From assembly GCF_001194135.2 (NCBI RefSeq), contig NC_068987.1, positions 18,188,798-18,252,797 on the forward strand: a DNA stretch of 64,000 nt. Direction: 5' to 3'. Made by a program: the position numbers and the translations under genes. The notes under the pieces are model-generated. The model saw only the letters and a list, made by a program, of their open reading frames with translations. It did not search any database and had not been told where the DNA came from. This document shows, piece after piece, positions 1-11,769 of the stretch; the stretch's first letter is position 1; every line of letters starts with the position of its first letter. The DNA is from Octopus bimaculoides. Lineage: Eukaryota.

Positions 1-185
1 CACACACATGCAGAGACATACAGACACATGTACATACATGCATGCATATGCACACAAACACACACACACACAGACATGTATACACACACACACAGAGAGA
101 GAAATGTATACACACACACACACACACAGACATGTATACACACACACACATCAGACATGTATACACACACACACACACACACATG
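1..185. repeat. (CA)n-derived compound minisatellite (CACACACAGACATGTATA units)
   Basis: Seen directly; lies in TAF2 intron 29. Confidence 0.9.
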
Positions 186-205
186 CAATATGTACAAGAA
201 CTTAC

Positions 206-781
206 CTTAATCTTCAATTTGAACTTGGAGTCATCCGTCTGCATATGATCAGGCAGCAGGGGGTCGAGTAACGGTCCATAACCGAACTTGGGATCCAGAC
301 ACAGACTCGATTCTTCTTTCCTTTTAATACCCCGAGCCTGTTCCATTGCTCCAGGCTGAACGGGGGACTGAAGCGGCGGGGCAACAACGCCAGATTTTGA
401 AGGGGTTCCCAGAGTTGTTGATGCAGCGGATGTGCTGCCAGCGTTGGCAGCAGCAGCAGCGGCTGCTTCAGCTGCTGCAGCGGCAACCGCAGCGGAGACC
501 GCTGCAGCTGCTGCTGCTGCAACAGATGTCGTTGTCAGAGGTGCTTTAGTTTCGAACGTGTCTTTCTTCTCCTCTCCGATGACAACTCCTGTCATTGGGG
601 TTGTTGTTGTTGTTGGTATTGCAGTAGTTATTGGTGCTGGTGCTGGTGTTGGTGCTAGTGTTGGTGTAGGTGTCGGTGGTGTTGGTGGTGGCAGTGGTAG
701 TGGAGTCGGAGGTGGTAGTGTCTGCACTGGTAATATTTCTGCTTCTGTCTTTATTACAACCGGTTCAAGGAGTTCCTTTTT
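206..781 (-). CDS. TAF2: TAF2 exon 29, low-complexity Pro/Thr/Ala-rich (KKELLEPVVIK...DDSKFKLKIK)
   Basis: tttttAG acceptor, GTAAGT donor at 205, 576 nt with no stop, phase 0-0. This frame is absent from the supplied ORF track. Confidence 0.8.
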
Positions 782-2360
782 CTAAAAAGAAATAAAGTGT
801 AATTATCAATATCAGTTTCAAATTTTAACACCAGGCCAATAATTTTGGGAGAGGGAGTAAGTTGATTACATTGACCTCAGTATCCAAGTGGTACATATTG
901 CACCGACCCCAAAAACGATGAAAGGCAAAATCAATCTCAACAGAATTTGAACTACATCAACCTCAGTGTATATCTGGTACTTATTCCAACAAGAAGATCA
1001 CAGCAACTGAAACACTGGCAGGTGGCTTTACATGGGGAAATAGCTTGATTAAGCTATACACAAAAATAACCAGAGACAAAACTGTAATAATGTATTATTT
1101 ATTTTGCTTCATTCGGTTACACATTGTGAGGACAAATACTATCAGCTGTCTCAAGTCCCAGCCCTGTCTCCCGCCTAACCAGAAGCCCTCTCTTCTGCAG
1201 ACCTGCTCACCAGCTAGCCTGCAGTGAAATTCCAGCCAATAGTTTCAGGTTTCCGCTTATAGCTCTCTTAAGTTCCTGTCTACAGTTCATCTGTTATTAG
1301 TCCTAGGGCAGTGCTCTACAGGGACAACTATAATTCATTGCCAAGGATCAAGGCAGAAAGATCTCTTGATGTTCTCAGAACATAAAAAGGGACGAAATGC
1401 CAGTAAGTTGGTACAAGGTTAGCAATTTCATGGGTGGGGGTAAGTCAATTACATCAATCCCAGTGTTCAATTGGTGCTTATTTTATTGACCCCCCCTCCC
1501 TTCAAAAAAAGGGTGAAAGGCAAAGCTGACCTCAGTGGAATTTGAACTCAGAACATAAAGAGAGATGAAATATCGCTAAGCATTTTGCCTAGCCTGACAG
1601 GCTAGCAATTCTGCCAGCTTACCACCTTAGGGTAATTATTAATATTGATTTCAAATTTTGGCACAAGGCCAGCAATTTCAGAGAAGGAGGTATGATGATT
1701 ACACCAACCCCTGTGTTCAACTGGTACTTATTTTATCAAACCCGAAAGGATGAAAGGCATGCCCTAAAGCAATAATTAATATTAATTAACGATTGATGGA
1801 TGGAGTAAATATATGTTCTATTCACTTTCGCACTTGATGACCTAATGGATGATCATTTTTCAGAAACCATCATCAACATCATCATTATCAGCATCATCAG
1901 CAGCATCATTTTAACATCACATGATGTCTAGGCAAGGGCATGCCCAAACACACACACATCAGTTTTTGTCTATCAAATCCACTCACAGGGCTTTGGTAGG
2001 CTACATTGGGCTAGTGGTATGTGGCACTTGCCCAAGGGGCCACACATCATCAGCCCATTCTGTAAATTGACCAACAATCTGATGAAAGCATCCTAAAATA
2101 ACCATACCAAAGTTACACAATATTACATAACATAACATAATCACAGGCGTGACTGTGTGGCTACAGTCTAATGACTGAAACAAGTAAACGATAAAAAAGA
2201 ACAACAATGACTATCATAAATAAAAAAAAAAAAGCTGAGAAAAAAAAAACACTGCAAAAGAAGAACTGCAAAGAGCAAAGATTAACAGACTTCAAAGTAG
2301 ACGATATTCTATCAATAACTCATGAGAGGGACAAAGACATATAAACAGTGTTCCACTTAC

Positions 2361-2843
2361 AATCGGATTGAGTTCCATGTTTGGCTGAGACATGTCAAAG
2401 CCTGTTGAAGGAGATTGCGGAATGGATGGTTTCACATCATCAGTAGTTGGTGGGCCTTGAAGAGGTGGGTGTACTACCGTTACAGGTGGTAGAGCAGTAA
2501 CACTAGTATCTGTGGTGGTAGTTGTGGTGGTGGTGGTGGTGGTGGCGGCGGTGATGGCGGTGGTGGTGGTGGTGGTGGTGGTGGTGATGGTTGTGGTGGC
2601 TATGGTATTAGCTGTTCCTGCACTAAGAACTGGCGGAGGGGCGCTGGGTCCCAGGGATGATGGTAATGACATTGGCAGCAACGATGATGAAGATAACAAT
2701 GATACTGGTAGGGGTGCTGCTGCCACAGCCGCTACTGCTGCTGCTGCTGTTGGTGGTGGTGGTGGTGGTGGTGCTGCTGCTGTTGGTGGTTGTTGCGGGA
2801 CTGGTGCCTCTATGCCAGGCAGTACAGGTTTCTTATCTTTGCT
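2361..2843 (-). CDS. TAF2: TAF2 exon 28, low-complexity Ala/Pro/Ser/Thr-rich (SKDKKPVLPGIEAP...ELNPI)
   Basis: ttcttAG acceptor, GTAAGT donor, 483 nt open frame, phase 0-0 continuing exon 27. Homology to other TAF2 proteins is not recognisable. Confidence 0.8.
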
Positions 2844-3860
2844 CTAAGAAAGAAATTAAAAAATAGAAAAGAACAGAAAAAGCAAAAAAAAACAAAAACA
2901 GAATAAGTAAATAAATAAATAGTTCTTTGTAAGTGTGGCACAAGGCCAGAAACTTAGAGGAGAGGAGGTCTGCTGATTACACTGACCCCAGTATCTGACC
3001 GGTGGTTTATTTTACTGACCCCGAAAGGATGAAAGGCAAAGTCGACCTTTGTAAAATTTGAACTCAGAACATAAGGAGCCAGAAGCAACACTTCTAAGTA
3101 TTTTGTCTGACATGCTAACAATGGTAAATAAATAATTAATAAATGGTAAATAAATAATTAATGAGTGGTAAATAAATAAAGTTAATCTCTTAAGTGGCCA
3201 GGTGTTTGCAACTGAGGATGAGCAAACTAGCTCAAAACTGAGTCAGTCTCACGATTCCATCATCTACTGGAGGGCAGAAGGGGTTCACTCCCCTGCTTGC
3301 AATATATACAGGTGCAGGCTGCACCTATAACCAGCTGACAGAAGATCTGCCTGGGGTTAAAACAGTAGACACATTGAGCAGCTATATCAGCCATTATAAT
3401 AGCTGTAGTGATTTAATTTTACTTGTTAGTATAGTTACTACACTAATCTCTTATTAAGATTTTACAACTTGTTGCAAATAAATAAATAAATGTTAAATAA
3501 ATAATTAATAAATGTTAAATAAATAATTAATAACTGTTAAATAAATAATTAATAAATGTTAAATATATTCTGAAATATTTCTACTTGCTATTTTCTAAAC
3601 CCAACACCCACCCACACAATTGTTATTTACTCCTGTATTCCATTCTTAACTATCAATACCTTTAGTCACAGAATAATAGACATTCATGTGTGAAAGCAGG
3701 TGGCTCAGTGGTCTCAGTGTTGGGCTCACAATCATAAGGTCATGGGTTCAATTCCTAGATCAGGTATGTGTCTGTGTGTGTGCATTTATGCTTATACACA
3801 CACATATGTATGCCTGTCTGTATGCATCTATGTATTGCAGAGACACAGATTTATACTTAC

Positions 3861-3960
3861 CTCAGGGGTGGGCAATTTAGCAGGGCGAGCGCGACCGTAG
3901 AGACAGTAATAGAGATCAGCGATACCGCATCGGAGACGACTGTCATGTGGAGTGCCAGTC
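3861..3960 (-). CDS. TAF2: TAF2 exon 27 (TGTPHDSRLRCGIADLYYCLYGRARPAKLPTPE)
   Basis: ctacAG / GTAAGT; matches human GTSHDWRLRC..LFGLSRP. Confidence 0.95.
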
Positions 3961-4093
3961 CTGTAGAGAATTTGGTAAAAACACAAGCAGTCATTCAAAA
4001 GTAACAAAGAGGATTTCATTGATCAAATTGTGAAAATGACAATATCATAAACAAAGGTGAATTACCTTCTAAAGTTTACTAATTCTTCTTTAA

Positions 4094-4612
4094 CCCTTTG
4101 ACTGTCCTGTGTATTACATGTGACGCCAATGCCCTTGGACTGGCTCTTGTGCGGGTGGCACATAAAATACACCATTTTGAGCGTGGCCGTTGCCAGTACC
4201 GCCTGACTGGCCTTCGTGCGGGTGACATGTAAAAGCACCCACTACGCTCTCTGAGTGGTTGGCGTTAGGAAGGGCATCCAGCTGTAGAAACTCTGCCAAA
4301 TCAGATTGGAGCCTGGTGTTGCCATCCGGTTTCACCAGTCCTCAGTCAAATCGTCCAACCCATGCTAGCATGGAAAGCGGACGTTAAACAATGATGATGA
4401 TGATGATGACACAGGACATATTTCTCTGGGGCCCATGAATAATATATGATACACATTCCCAATTTTTTTTAACCACCAAAGTAACTTGAGACTTATGAAA
4501 GGGAAGCTGTATAATTACTCAGAACGTATCAAAAAAAGGCTAACTAAGAGTTGGTAAAACCAGTATGGACGTTTTGGGCAAACTCATGAAAATTCTTTGG
4601 ACAGGCCAAGGG
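4094..4612. mobile_element. piggyBac-type MITE interrupted by a family B retroposon
   Basis: TTAA-CCCTTTGACTGTCC ... GGACAGGCCAAGGG-TTAA (12/14 TIR match). Confidence 0.65.
4125..4409 (+). mobile_element. Retroposon family B (SINE or non-autonomous LINE 3' end) with (GAT)n tail
   Basis: Ends GGAAAGCGGACGTTAAACAATGATGATG. Related copies at about 5800-6225(-), 7812-7970(-), 8985-9535(-), 12320-12640(-), 13230-13555(-), 14670-14866(-), 26010-26200(-), 26925-27190(+), 32600-32885(-), 33370-33502(+), 34070-34225(+), 37464-37607(-), 52622-53225(-), 61113-61342(+). This family explains many spurious ...LQLDALPNANH... ORFs. Confidence 0.85.
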
Positions 4613-5799
4613 TTAAACACAAGGTTATAATCTGCTTAACCCTTTAGCATTTAAACTGCCATATCTGGCCAAAACATTCTGCCTGTTTTATGTTGAAACG
4701 GGCCAGATCTGGCTTCTCACACCAACCCTACAATGTCATTCTAAAAAGTAACAGTTACCTTATCAAGCACCAGCTTAATACAGAACATGTTAGCTATTTC
4801 ACTCTTTTACTTGTTTCTATCATTGGACTGCGACCATGCTGGAACACTCTTGTAAGTTTAGTCTGGTGGTTTACAATCATGTTTTGCCTATGGACCCCTA
4901 TGATTTCTATTATACTCTACTGGTTCCCCACCAAAGCCATTTAATGTCTTTTAAAAATTCCCATTATATTTATATAATTAAATACTATTAGGAATTATAT
5001 TAAAAAAATTGTTAAAACATTTTGTGTATTGTAGAAGTATAACCAATTTATTGCAGATAAATTTCAAGAACAAAATGTTATGTGGCCCCCACCCACCAAG
5101 GAGCATATGGACCCTGGTTGAAAACCATGGACTTAGTGAGGCAAATCAACACCAGTTTTTATTCTTTTTAAGTGTGGTGCTTATTACTATCAGTCTTTTT
5201 TATTGAAAGGTTAAGTTACAGGGACATAAACAAACCAGCATCGGCTGACAAGGGCTGGTGGGTGAAAGGAATACACACACACACACACACATATGATAAG
5301 CTTCTATGCGGTTTCCATCTATCAAATTCACTCACAAGGCATTGGTCAGCTGAGGGCAACAGCAGAGGACACTTGCCCAAAGTTCCATGAAATAAACTGG
5401 CACTCCATTGGTTAAGACAACAAGGGTTCCAGTTGATCCAATCAACAGAACAGCCTGCTTGTGAAATAAACATGCAGATACACTAACCCCTAACATAGTT
5501 CTCAGGGAGATTTAGCTTGACACAGAATGCAACAAAGCTGGTCAAGTGAAATATAGGTACAACTCATTCTTGCCAGTTGAGTGCACTGGAGCAACGTGAA
5601 ATAAAGTGTCTTGCTCAAGGACACAATGTGCTACCAGGAATCAAATGCATTACCTTACAATTGTGAGTTGAACACACCAACCAGTAAGCCACATGCTTTC
5701 ACTGCATGAAATAGGATTGAACCTGAAACCACTTAGTTGAGAAACAAACTTCTTAAACATACACTCATGCCAAGTTAGTTATTTTGACAATGACAATTC

Positions 5800-6225
5800 A
5801 TCATCATCATCATCATCGTTTAACATCCACTTTCCATCCTAGCATGGGTTGGACGATTTGACTGAGGACTGGTGAACCAGATGGCTACACCAGGCTCCAA
5901 TCTGATTTGACAGAGTTTCTACAGCTGGATGCCCTTCCTAACGCCAACCACTCCGAGAGTGTAGTGGGTGCTTTTACGTGCCACCAGCACAAAGGCCAGT
6001 CAGGCGTACTGGCAACGGCCACGCTCAAAATGGTGTATTTTACGTGTCACCTGCACAGGAGCCAGTCCAGCGGCACTGGCAACAATCTCACTCGAATGTC
6101 TTTACACGTGCCACCGGTACAAGTGCCAGGAAGGCAACGCTGGGTACAGGTGCCATCACGATTTTGCTTTCGCTTGCCCCAACAGGTCTTCACAAGCCAA
6201 GTTTCGTGTCCAATGAAGGAGACGA
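5800..6225 (-). mobile_element. Retroposon family B copy
   Basis: (CAT)n followed by CGTTTAACATCCACTTTCCATCCTAGCATGGG; reverse complement of the 4125 copy. Confidence 0.85.
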
Positions 6226-6279
6226 CGTTAGAAAGTAGAATTTAAAATAGAAAGTTTTAAAAAATTATTAATATCTTAC

Positions 6280-6384
6280 GTCATCAGTTTCCATAAACTA
6301 TCTACGAGTTCTTCCGTATTCAATGGACTTGAGTCTCCTTTAAGAAATGGTGGCTTTTTAACAAGCATTTCCATTATTTTGTGC
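6280..6384 (-). CDS. TAF2: TAF2 exon 26 (HKIMEMLVKKPPFLKGDSSPLNTEELVDSLWKLM)
   Basis: ttgcAG / GTAAGA. Confidence 0.95.
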
Positions 6385-6653
6385 CTGCAATAAAAACAGT
6401 AAAATGTATCTGAGTCAATGATAAGAGTTTCTTCATGATTGCTCAACCAGACAGAAATAGCAGGCACATCACCCCAGCAAATCATATAAAAGGAAGGACA
6501 CAGTGGAAAATTTTCCCCACAATTGTTGATATATGTGTGAGTATATATATATATATATATATACACACATAGGGAGAATTCACAAAGAAACAAAAGACGA
6601 AGACAGGTGGTGTAGAAAACAAACAAATGACAGACATGTCACCTTCCACAGCT

Positions 6654-6697
<44 letters not shown>

Positions 6698-7062
6698 GGG
6701 CTTCTTTCAGTTTCCACTAACCAAATCTACTCATGAGGTTTTAGTCAGTCCAAAACTATAAAAGACACCCTTCCAAAGTGTCATACAGTGGGATTGAACC
6801 TGAAATTGCATAGTTGGGAAATGAATTTTTTTAACCACACCACTGCACTGGCACCTATCTTACCATCTTGGTTATGTAAAGGGCACATTAGATAATGAAG
6901 TCCTGCTTACATATCCCTAAAAGACAGCATGGTCAAACCTGGAGTACCTCTAATCATAGATCTGTTAAATCAAGGCTAACCTACATCTTAACAACAACCA
7001 ATGAAGGTCAGAAATATTCAAGTAAATTTAAATAAATTTAAAATATGAATACAGATCTTTAC

Positions 7063-7132
7063 CTGACATATATATCAGGATCAGTTTGCATTAAGTTGAT
7101 CAACCAGTTTAGTTTATCAGCATTGACATCAG
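7063..7132 (-). CDS. TAF2: TAF2 exon 25 (DVNADKLNWLINLMQTDPDIYV)
   Basis: ttgcAG / GTAAAG; matches human LQWLLNMIQNDPVPYV. Confidence 0.92.
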
Positions 7133-8136
7133 CTGCAACAGAAGAAATATTGATAGTTTCTTTAAAATTTCAAACATTTAAAAAATTCTAAAATATCAAC
7201 TTCATCCTCATCATCATTCAGTCTTTTAAATCCAGGTTTTGTCCCCATTAACAGGGGTGGCCAGATCTACCTCAATGCCATAGAAACCGAGGTAGGCAGG
7301 TGCAGCCCACCCCAACCTTTGGGCTGGCTGGCTGGTGCCCATTCTCCTTTGCTATCATGAGGCTTTTTTGGAGATGTTTTTTCTATGGGGAGCATGCCCT
7401 TACTTACTCCCAACCTCAGTTTTTAGACATGAGTGATCCTGAGACGAAGGCTTCTATCATGATTTTTAAGAAATGTCGTGGAAAACTAGCTCAGGAAGGC
7501 AGGAACGCTACTCCCTGAGACCCCTTTTAGAGACCCCTACCTAATGATTTAACATTTGTAAAAAATATACTACTAAAAGCTTAATTATTCTTATTAGAAC
7601 AAAACTACAAAATTTAAAGGAAGGTAAAATTTTATGATGTATATTTTAATTTATTCTTTCATATTTTTTCTCAGCAGCATAAAAATGAAACAAGCTCAAT
7701 CGGAAACTGAAACAGATCAAACACTTCATTAGTTATGAAGCTGCTACCTCTTGTTCTAACTAATGTGGTAACTATTCAAAATTCACACACACACACACAC
7801 ACACACATATCGTATCGTCGTTTAACGTCCGCTTTCCATGCTAGCATGGGTTGGACGATTTGACTGAGGACTGGTGAACCAGGAGGCGACACCAGGCTCC
7901 AATCTGATTTGGCAGAGTTTCTACAGCTGGATGCCCTTCCTAACGCCAACCACTCCGAGAGTGTAGTGGGTATATGTACAATGGGCTTCTTTCAGTTTCC
8001 ATCAACCAAATCCACTCTTCCTCACTCTTAGATGAAGGGCAAGGACTAAAAACATTACACTTTTCACTCCTTTTGACAAGTGAACTTACCAAATTCATCT
8101 AGAATAAAAGAATGAAAAATCCAATATGATACTCAC

Positions 8137-8276
8137 CACTAATATAGTCGACCAAAGCTTCAAAAGCTGCCAGTCGTGTGTCTCTGTAAATGCCATATTT
8201 TGAATAACTCTCAAATATCTGTGGATCACTGGGGAGGTGACCGTTTTTTTGCAACACACGAATTGCACGAATACAG
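8137..8276 (-). CDS. TAF2: TAF2 exon 24 (CIRAIRVLQKNGHLPSDP...AAFEALVDYIS)
   Basis: tcgcAG / GTGAGT; within ORF 8099-8287. Confidence 0.96.
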
Positions 8277-8486
8277 CTGCGACACAAAACAAGATGAGGA
8301 AAATATCAAAACCAGATGCATGACATCAATAAAATTGCTACCATAGTAACTAAGATTACTATTATGTAGAATGTTTCCTTACCTAACACTAACATGGAAA
8401 TAAAAAGAGGAAAGTGTGAAGGGAGACATCAAAGGAGGAAAACAAGGAGGAAGAGTGAGGTTGAGAGAAAAACAAAAAAACATTAT

Positions 8487-8656
8487 GAGGGGAAGATGAA
8501 GAGGAGGAGAAGGAGAAGGTGAAGAAGAGGAGAAGATGAAGAGGAGGAGAAGGAGAAGGTGAAGAAGAGAGGAGAAGATGAAGAAGAGGAGAAGATGAAA
8601 AGGAGAGGAGAAGATGAAGAAGAGGAGAAGATGAAGAAGAGGAGAAGGAGAAGAAA
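8487..8656. repeat. Purine-rich (GAA/GGA)n compound repeat
   Basis: Reiterated GAAGATGAAGAGGAGGAGAAGGAGAAGGT-type units. Confidence 0.9.
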
Positions 8657-8711
8657 TCTGAGGGTTAAGATAAGATAGGAAATAAGTAAGTTTGTTTAAC
8701 GAATAGCTGAC

Positions 8712-8828
8712 CTGACTGCAACTGTGTGTCGATAACAAGGCAGCAGTTTTTCAAGATTCATGTAACGTGTGATTTCTTCAAGTATTAGCTTTATGTCAGC
8801 TGACAGACTGTCTAGAGTAATTCCAGTG
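8712..8828 (-). CDS. TAF2: TAF2 exon 23 (TGITLDSLSADIKLILEEITRYMNLEKLLPCYRHTVAV)
   Basis: ccccAG / GTCAGC; LILEEITR..EKLLP motif. Confidence 0.95.
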
Positions 8829-8984
8829 CTGGGGAAGAAGCATCAAGACAAAACAAATAAGAAAATTCAGTTTAGTTAATTGCTTAGAAAATTAATCAAT
8901 GAAATTAAATCACATGTTTGGAAATCAAATTCAAAATGAAAATCACAACTCTTTGATCACAAGACAGACTCTCCCACTCTCATC

Positions 8985-9535
8985 ATCATCATTGTTTAGC
9001 GTCCGCTTCTCCATGCTAGCATGGGTTGGACGATTTGACTGAGGAATGGTGAACCAGATGGCTACACCAGGCTCCAATCTGATCTGGTAGAGTTTCTACA
9101 GCTGGATGCCCTTCCTAACGCCAACCACTCCGAGAGTGTAGTGGGTGTTTTTACGTGCCACCAGCACGAAGGCCGGTCAGGCAGTACTGGCAACAGCCAC
9201 GCTCAAAATGGTGTATTTAACGTGCCACCTGCACAGGAGCCAGTCCAGCGGCACTGGCAATGATCTCGCTCGAATGACTCTTCACGTGCCAGGAACGCGA
9301 AGCTGCGGCACAAGTGCCAGGAAGGTGACGCTGGTAACGATCACACTCAAACGGTGGCGCCATCACGATTTCGCTTTCGCTTGCGCCAACAGGTCTTCGC
9401 AAGCAGAGTTTAGTGTCCAATGGAGGAGATGTTGACATGGGGGCCAGTCGTCGAATTTAGTTCGATTTCGATTTCAATTACACTTGCTTCAACAGGTCTT
9501 CACAAGCGGAGTTTAGTGTCCAATGGAGGAAAGGT
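8985..9535 (-). mobile_element. Retroposon family B copy, longest in the window
   Basis: Same family; has an internal duplication of ACAGGTCTT...GAGTTTAGTGTCCAATGGAGGA. Confidence 0.82.
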
Positions 9536-9788
9536 ACGCATATATGTATATATGTATGTGTGTGTGTGTGTATACACACATGCACAAATATATATACATC
9601 TGTACAATCACGGTGGCGATTTTCTACAGCAGGATATTTGGGTTGGTTATGGCCAGTTTAAATGCTAAAGGATTAAGTGGCTATTATAAGATGAGTGAAG
9701 GTTATCCTTACATATCAGCAAAGTAATGGGGAAACAAACAGATAGACACATGTACTATAGCAGTAGGGGCTAGGGCACAAGGACTTAC

Positions 9789-9874
9789 TTGAGAAGACTG
9801 ACAGCAGCAACAGCTGGTGTTACAGTAGCAGCAAGTGCATCAATTAACGCAGCACGGTAGTAGTTGTCAGAATA
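9789..9874 (-). CDS. TAF2: TAF2 exon 22 (YSDNYYRAALIDALAATVTPAVAAVSLL)
   Basis: ctgcAG / GTAAGT. Confidence 0.95.
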
Positions 9875-10866
9875 CTGCAGATATGAAACATATATAGTTT
9901 TTAGATAGTTGCAGCTCACAGGATTTACAAAATACAGAAAAACATAAGATATTTAAGAATGACAACAAACACTCTTACAAGCATGTTTACATCAGTCACC
10001 AGTTGTACAAGCAATTATACAGCAACCAACATCATCATACTCTTTTACTTGTTTCAGTCATTTGACTGTGGCCATGCTGGAGCACCGCCTTTAGCCGAGC
10101 AAATCGACCCCAGGACTTATTCTTTGTAAGCCTAGTACTTATTCTATCGGTCTCTTTTGCCGAACCGCTAAGTTACGGGGACGTAAACACACCAGCATCG
10201 GTTGTCAAGCGATGTTGGGGAGGGACAAACACAGTCACACAAACATATACACACACACATACATACATATATATATAAAAATTTAAGGAATGGAGTAAAC
10301 GCACGTTATTACTGCATACTTTATTCCGACATATGTTTCGAAGAATTACAATTTATGCGATCCATNNNNNNNNNNNNNNNNNNNNNNNNNNNNNNNNNNN
10401 NNNNNNNNNNNNNNNNNNNNNNNNNNNNNNNNNNNNNNNNNNNNNNNNNNNNNNNNNNNNNNNNNNNNNNNNNNNNNNNNNNNNNNNNNNNNNNNNNNNN
10501 NNNNNNNNNNNNNNNNNNNNNNNNNNNNNNNNNNNNNNNNNNNNNNNNNNNNNNNNNNNNNNNNNNNNNNNNNNNNNNNNNNNNNNNNNNNNNNNNNNNN
10601 NNNNNNNNNNNNNNNNNNNNNNNNNNNNNNNNNNNNNNNNNNNNNNNNNNNNNNNNNNNNNNNNNNNNNNNNNNNNNNNNNNNNNNNNNNNNNNNNNNNN
10701 NNTAAATTTTTATATATACTCAAATACCCAAAATATCAAGGAGTTTCTGCCTCACTAACAGGAATTACACCAGTTATTTTGTGATCTTTGCTACCTTGGT
10801 TTCTATTAACCCATTTATTCTATCCGAATTATTATTTATTAGGATAAAATAAATACATATAATTAA

Positions 10867-10905
<39 letters not shown>

Positions 10906-11029
10906 GATACAAAAAATGCATGAAAAATACAATCACAAACCAATCACTAATAACATTTTTTTTTGCTTTCTTCTGTATATTTTCAGTTGACTCAGAAGTA
11001 ATATTTACTTATTCAAGCAATCAACTTAC

Positions 11030-11140
11030 TTTGTTTTTAGAATTATCGTTATATTTGAAGAGGTCAAGAAGAAATTTCAGTACATCATTGGGGCAAATAT
11101 TGTGAATGTTACGTAAGCGAGCCATTGCACAGGGAATCGT
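11030..11140 (-). CDS. TAF2: TAF2 exon 21 (TIPCAMARLRNIHNICP...KYNDNSKNK)
   Basis: ttacAG / GTAAGT; KYNDN motif. Confidence 0.96.
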
Positions 11141-11628
11141 CTGTAATGAAATTAAAAGCAGAAGCATTCATAAAGGTAATTTGGTAAATGCAGAACACTT
11201 CTCAATAACAAAAACAAAAGGTTTTTTTGAATTTTGAAGAATGGTCTAAATTTGTTTTTAACCACTTACTGCAGTACCCCACAGTCCAATGACTGAAACA
11301 AGGAAAGAAAATAGACAAGTAAAGGAATAATTTGAAACAAGTAATGATTTCTATGAGCCAATAAAGGGACCATTATGTGATCACTGAATTGGCTAGAAAT
11401 AGCAGCAAAAATCTATTGGGTATGAGCTGTGTCTTAGGAAAATAAAACATATTGGATAATGTTATCTTAGGTACACAAAGCCAAGCAAAAAAAAAGATGA
11501 ATAAAAACCTAGATGATAGTCAAGGCTGTATCATCTCTGATTCTTTGATCTACTTGGCTGGGATCGGCCTCAGGGGCTCAACAATAACAACAACAACAAT
11601 TCAAGGAAAAATACAAACTCTTTCTTAC

Positions 11629-11769
11629 TTTGAGTAAAAAATATTGCTGAAAATTAGAGAAGTTGTTCTGTCGAATGATCATTGGACACGAATAGGACCC
11701 AAACATCTTTCTGAAGATTGTCATCATGGCTGGAGGTCCGGCCCAGCTTGACACCATGGCATTAGCAAC
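11629..11769 (-). CDS. TAF2: TAF2 exon 20 (VANAMVSSWAGPPAM...NNFSNFQQYFLLK)
   Basis: ttgtAG / GTAAGA; WxGPPAM motif. Confidence 0.96.

Noticed and set aside
8-785. Plus-strand ORFs and the 214-522 minus-strand ORF with poly-Q, poly-A or poly-V tracts
   Set aside because: They are antisense or off-frame shadows of TAF2 exon 29 and the (CA)n repeat; only the frame 781-206 has matching splice sites and phase.
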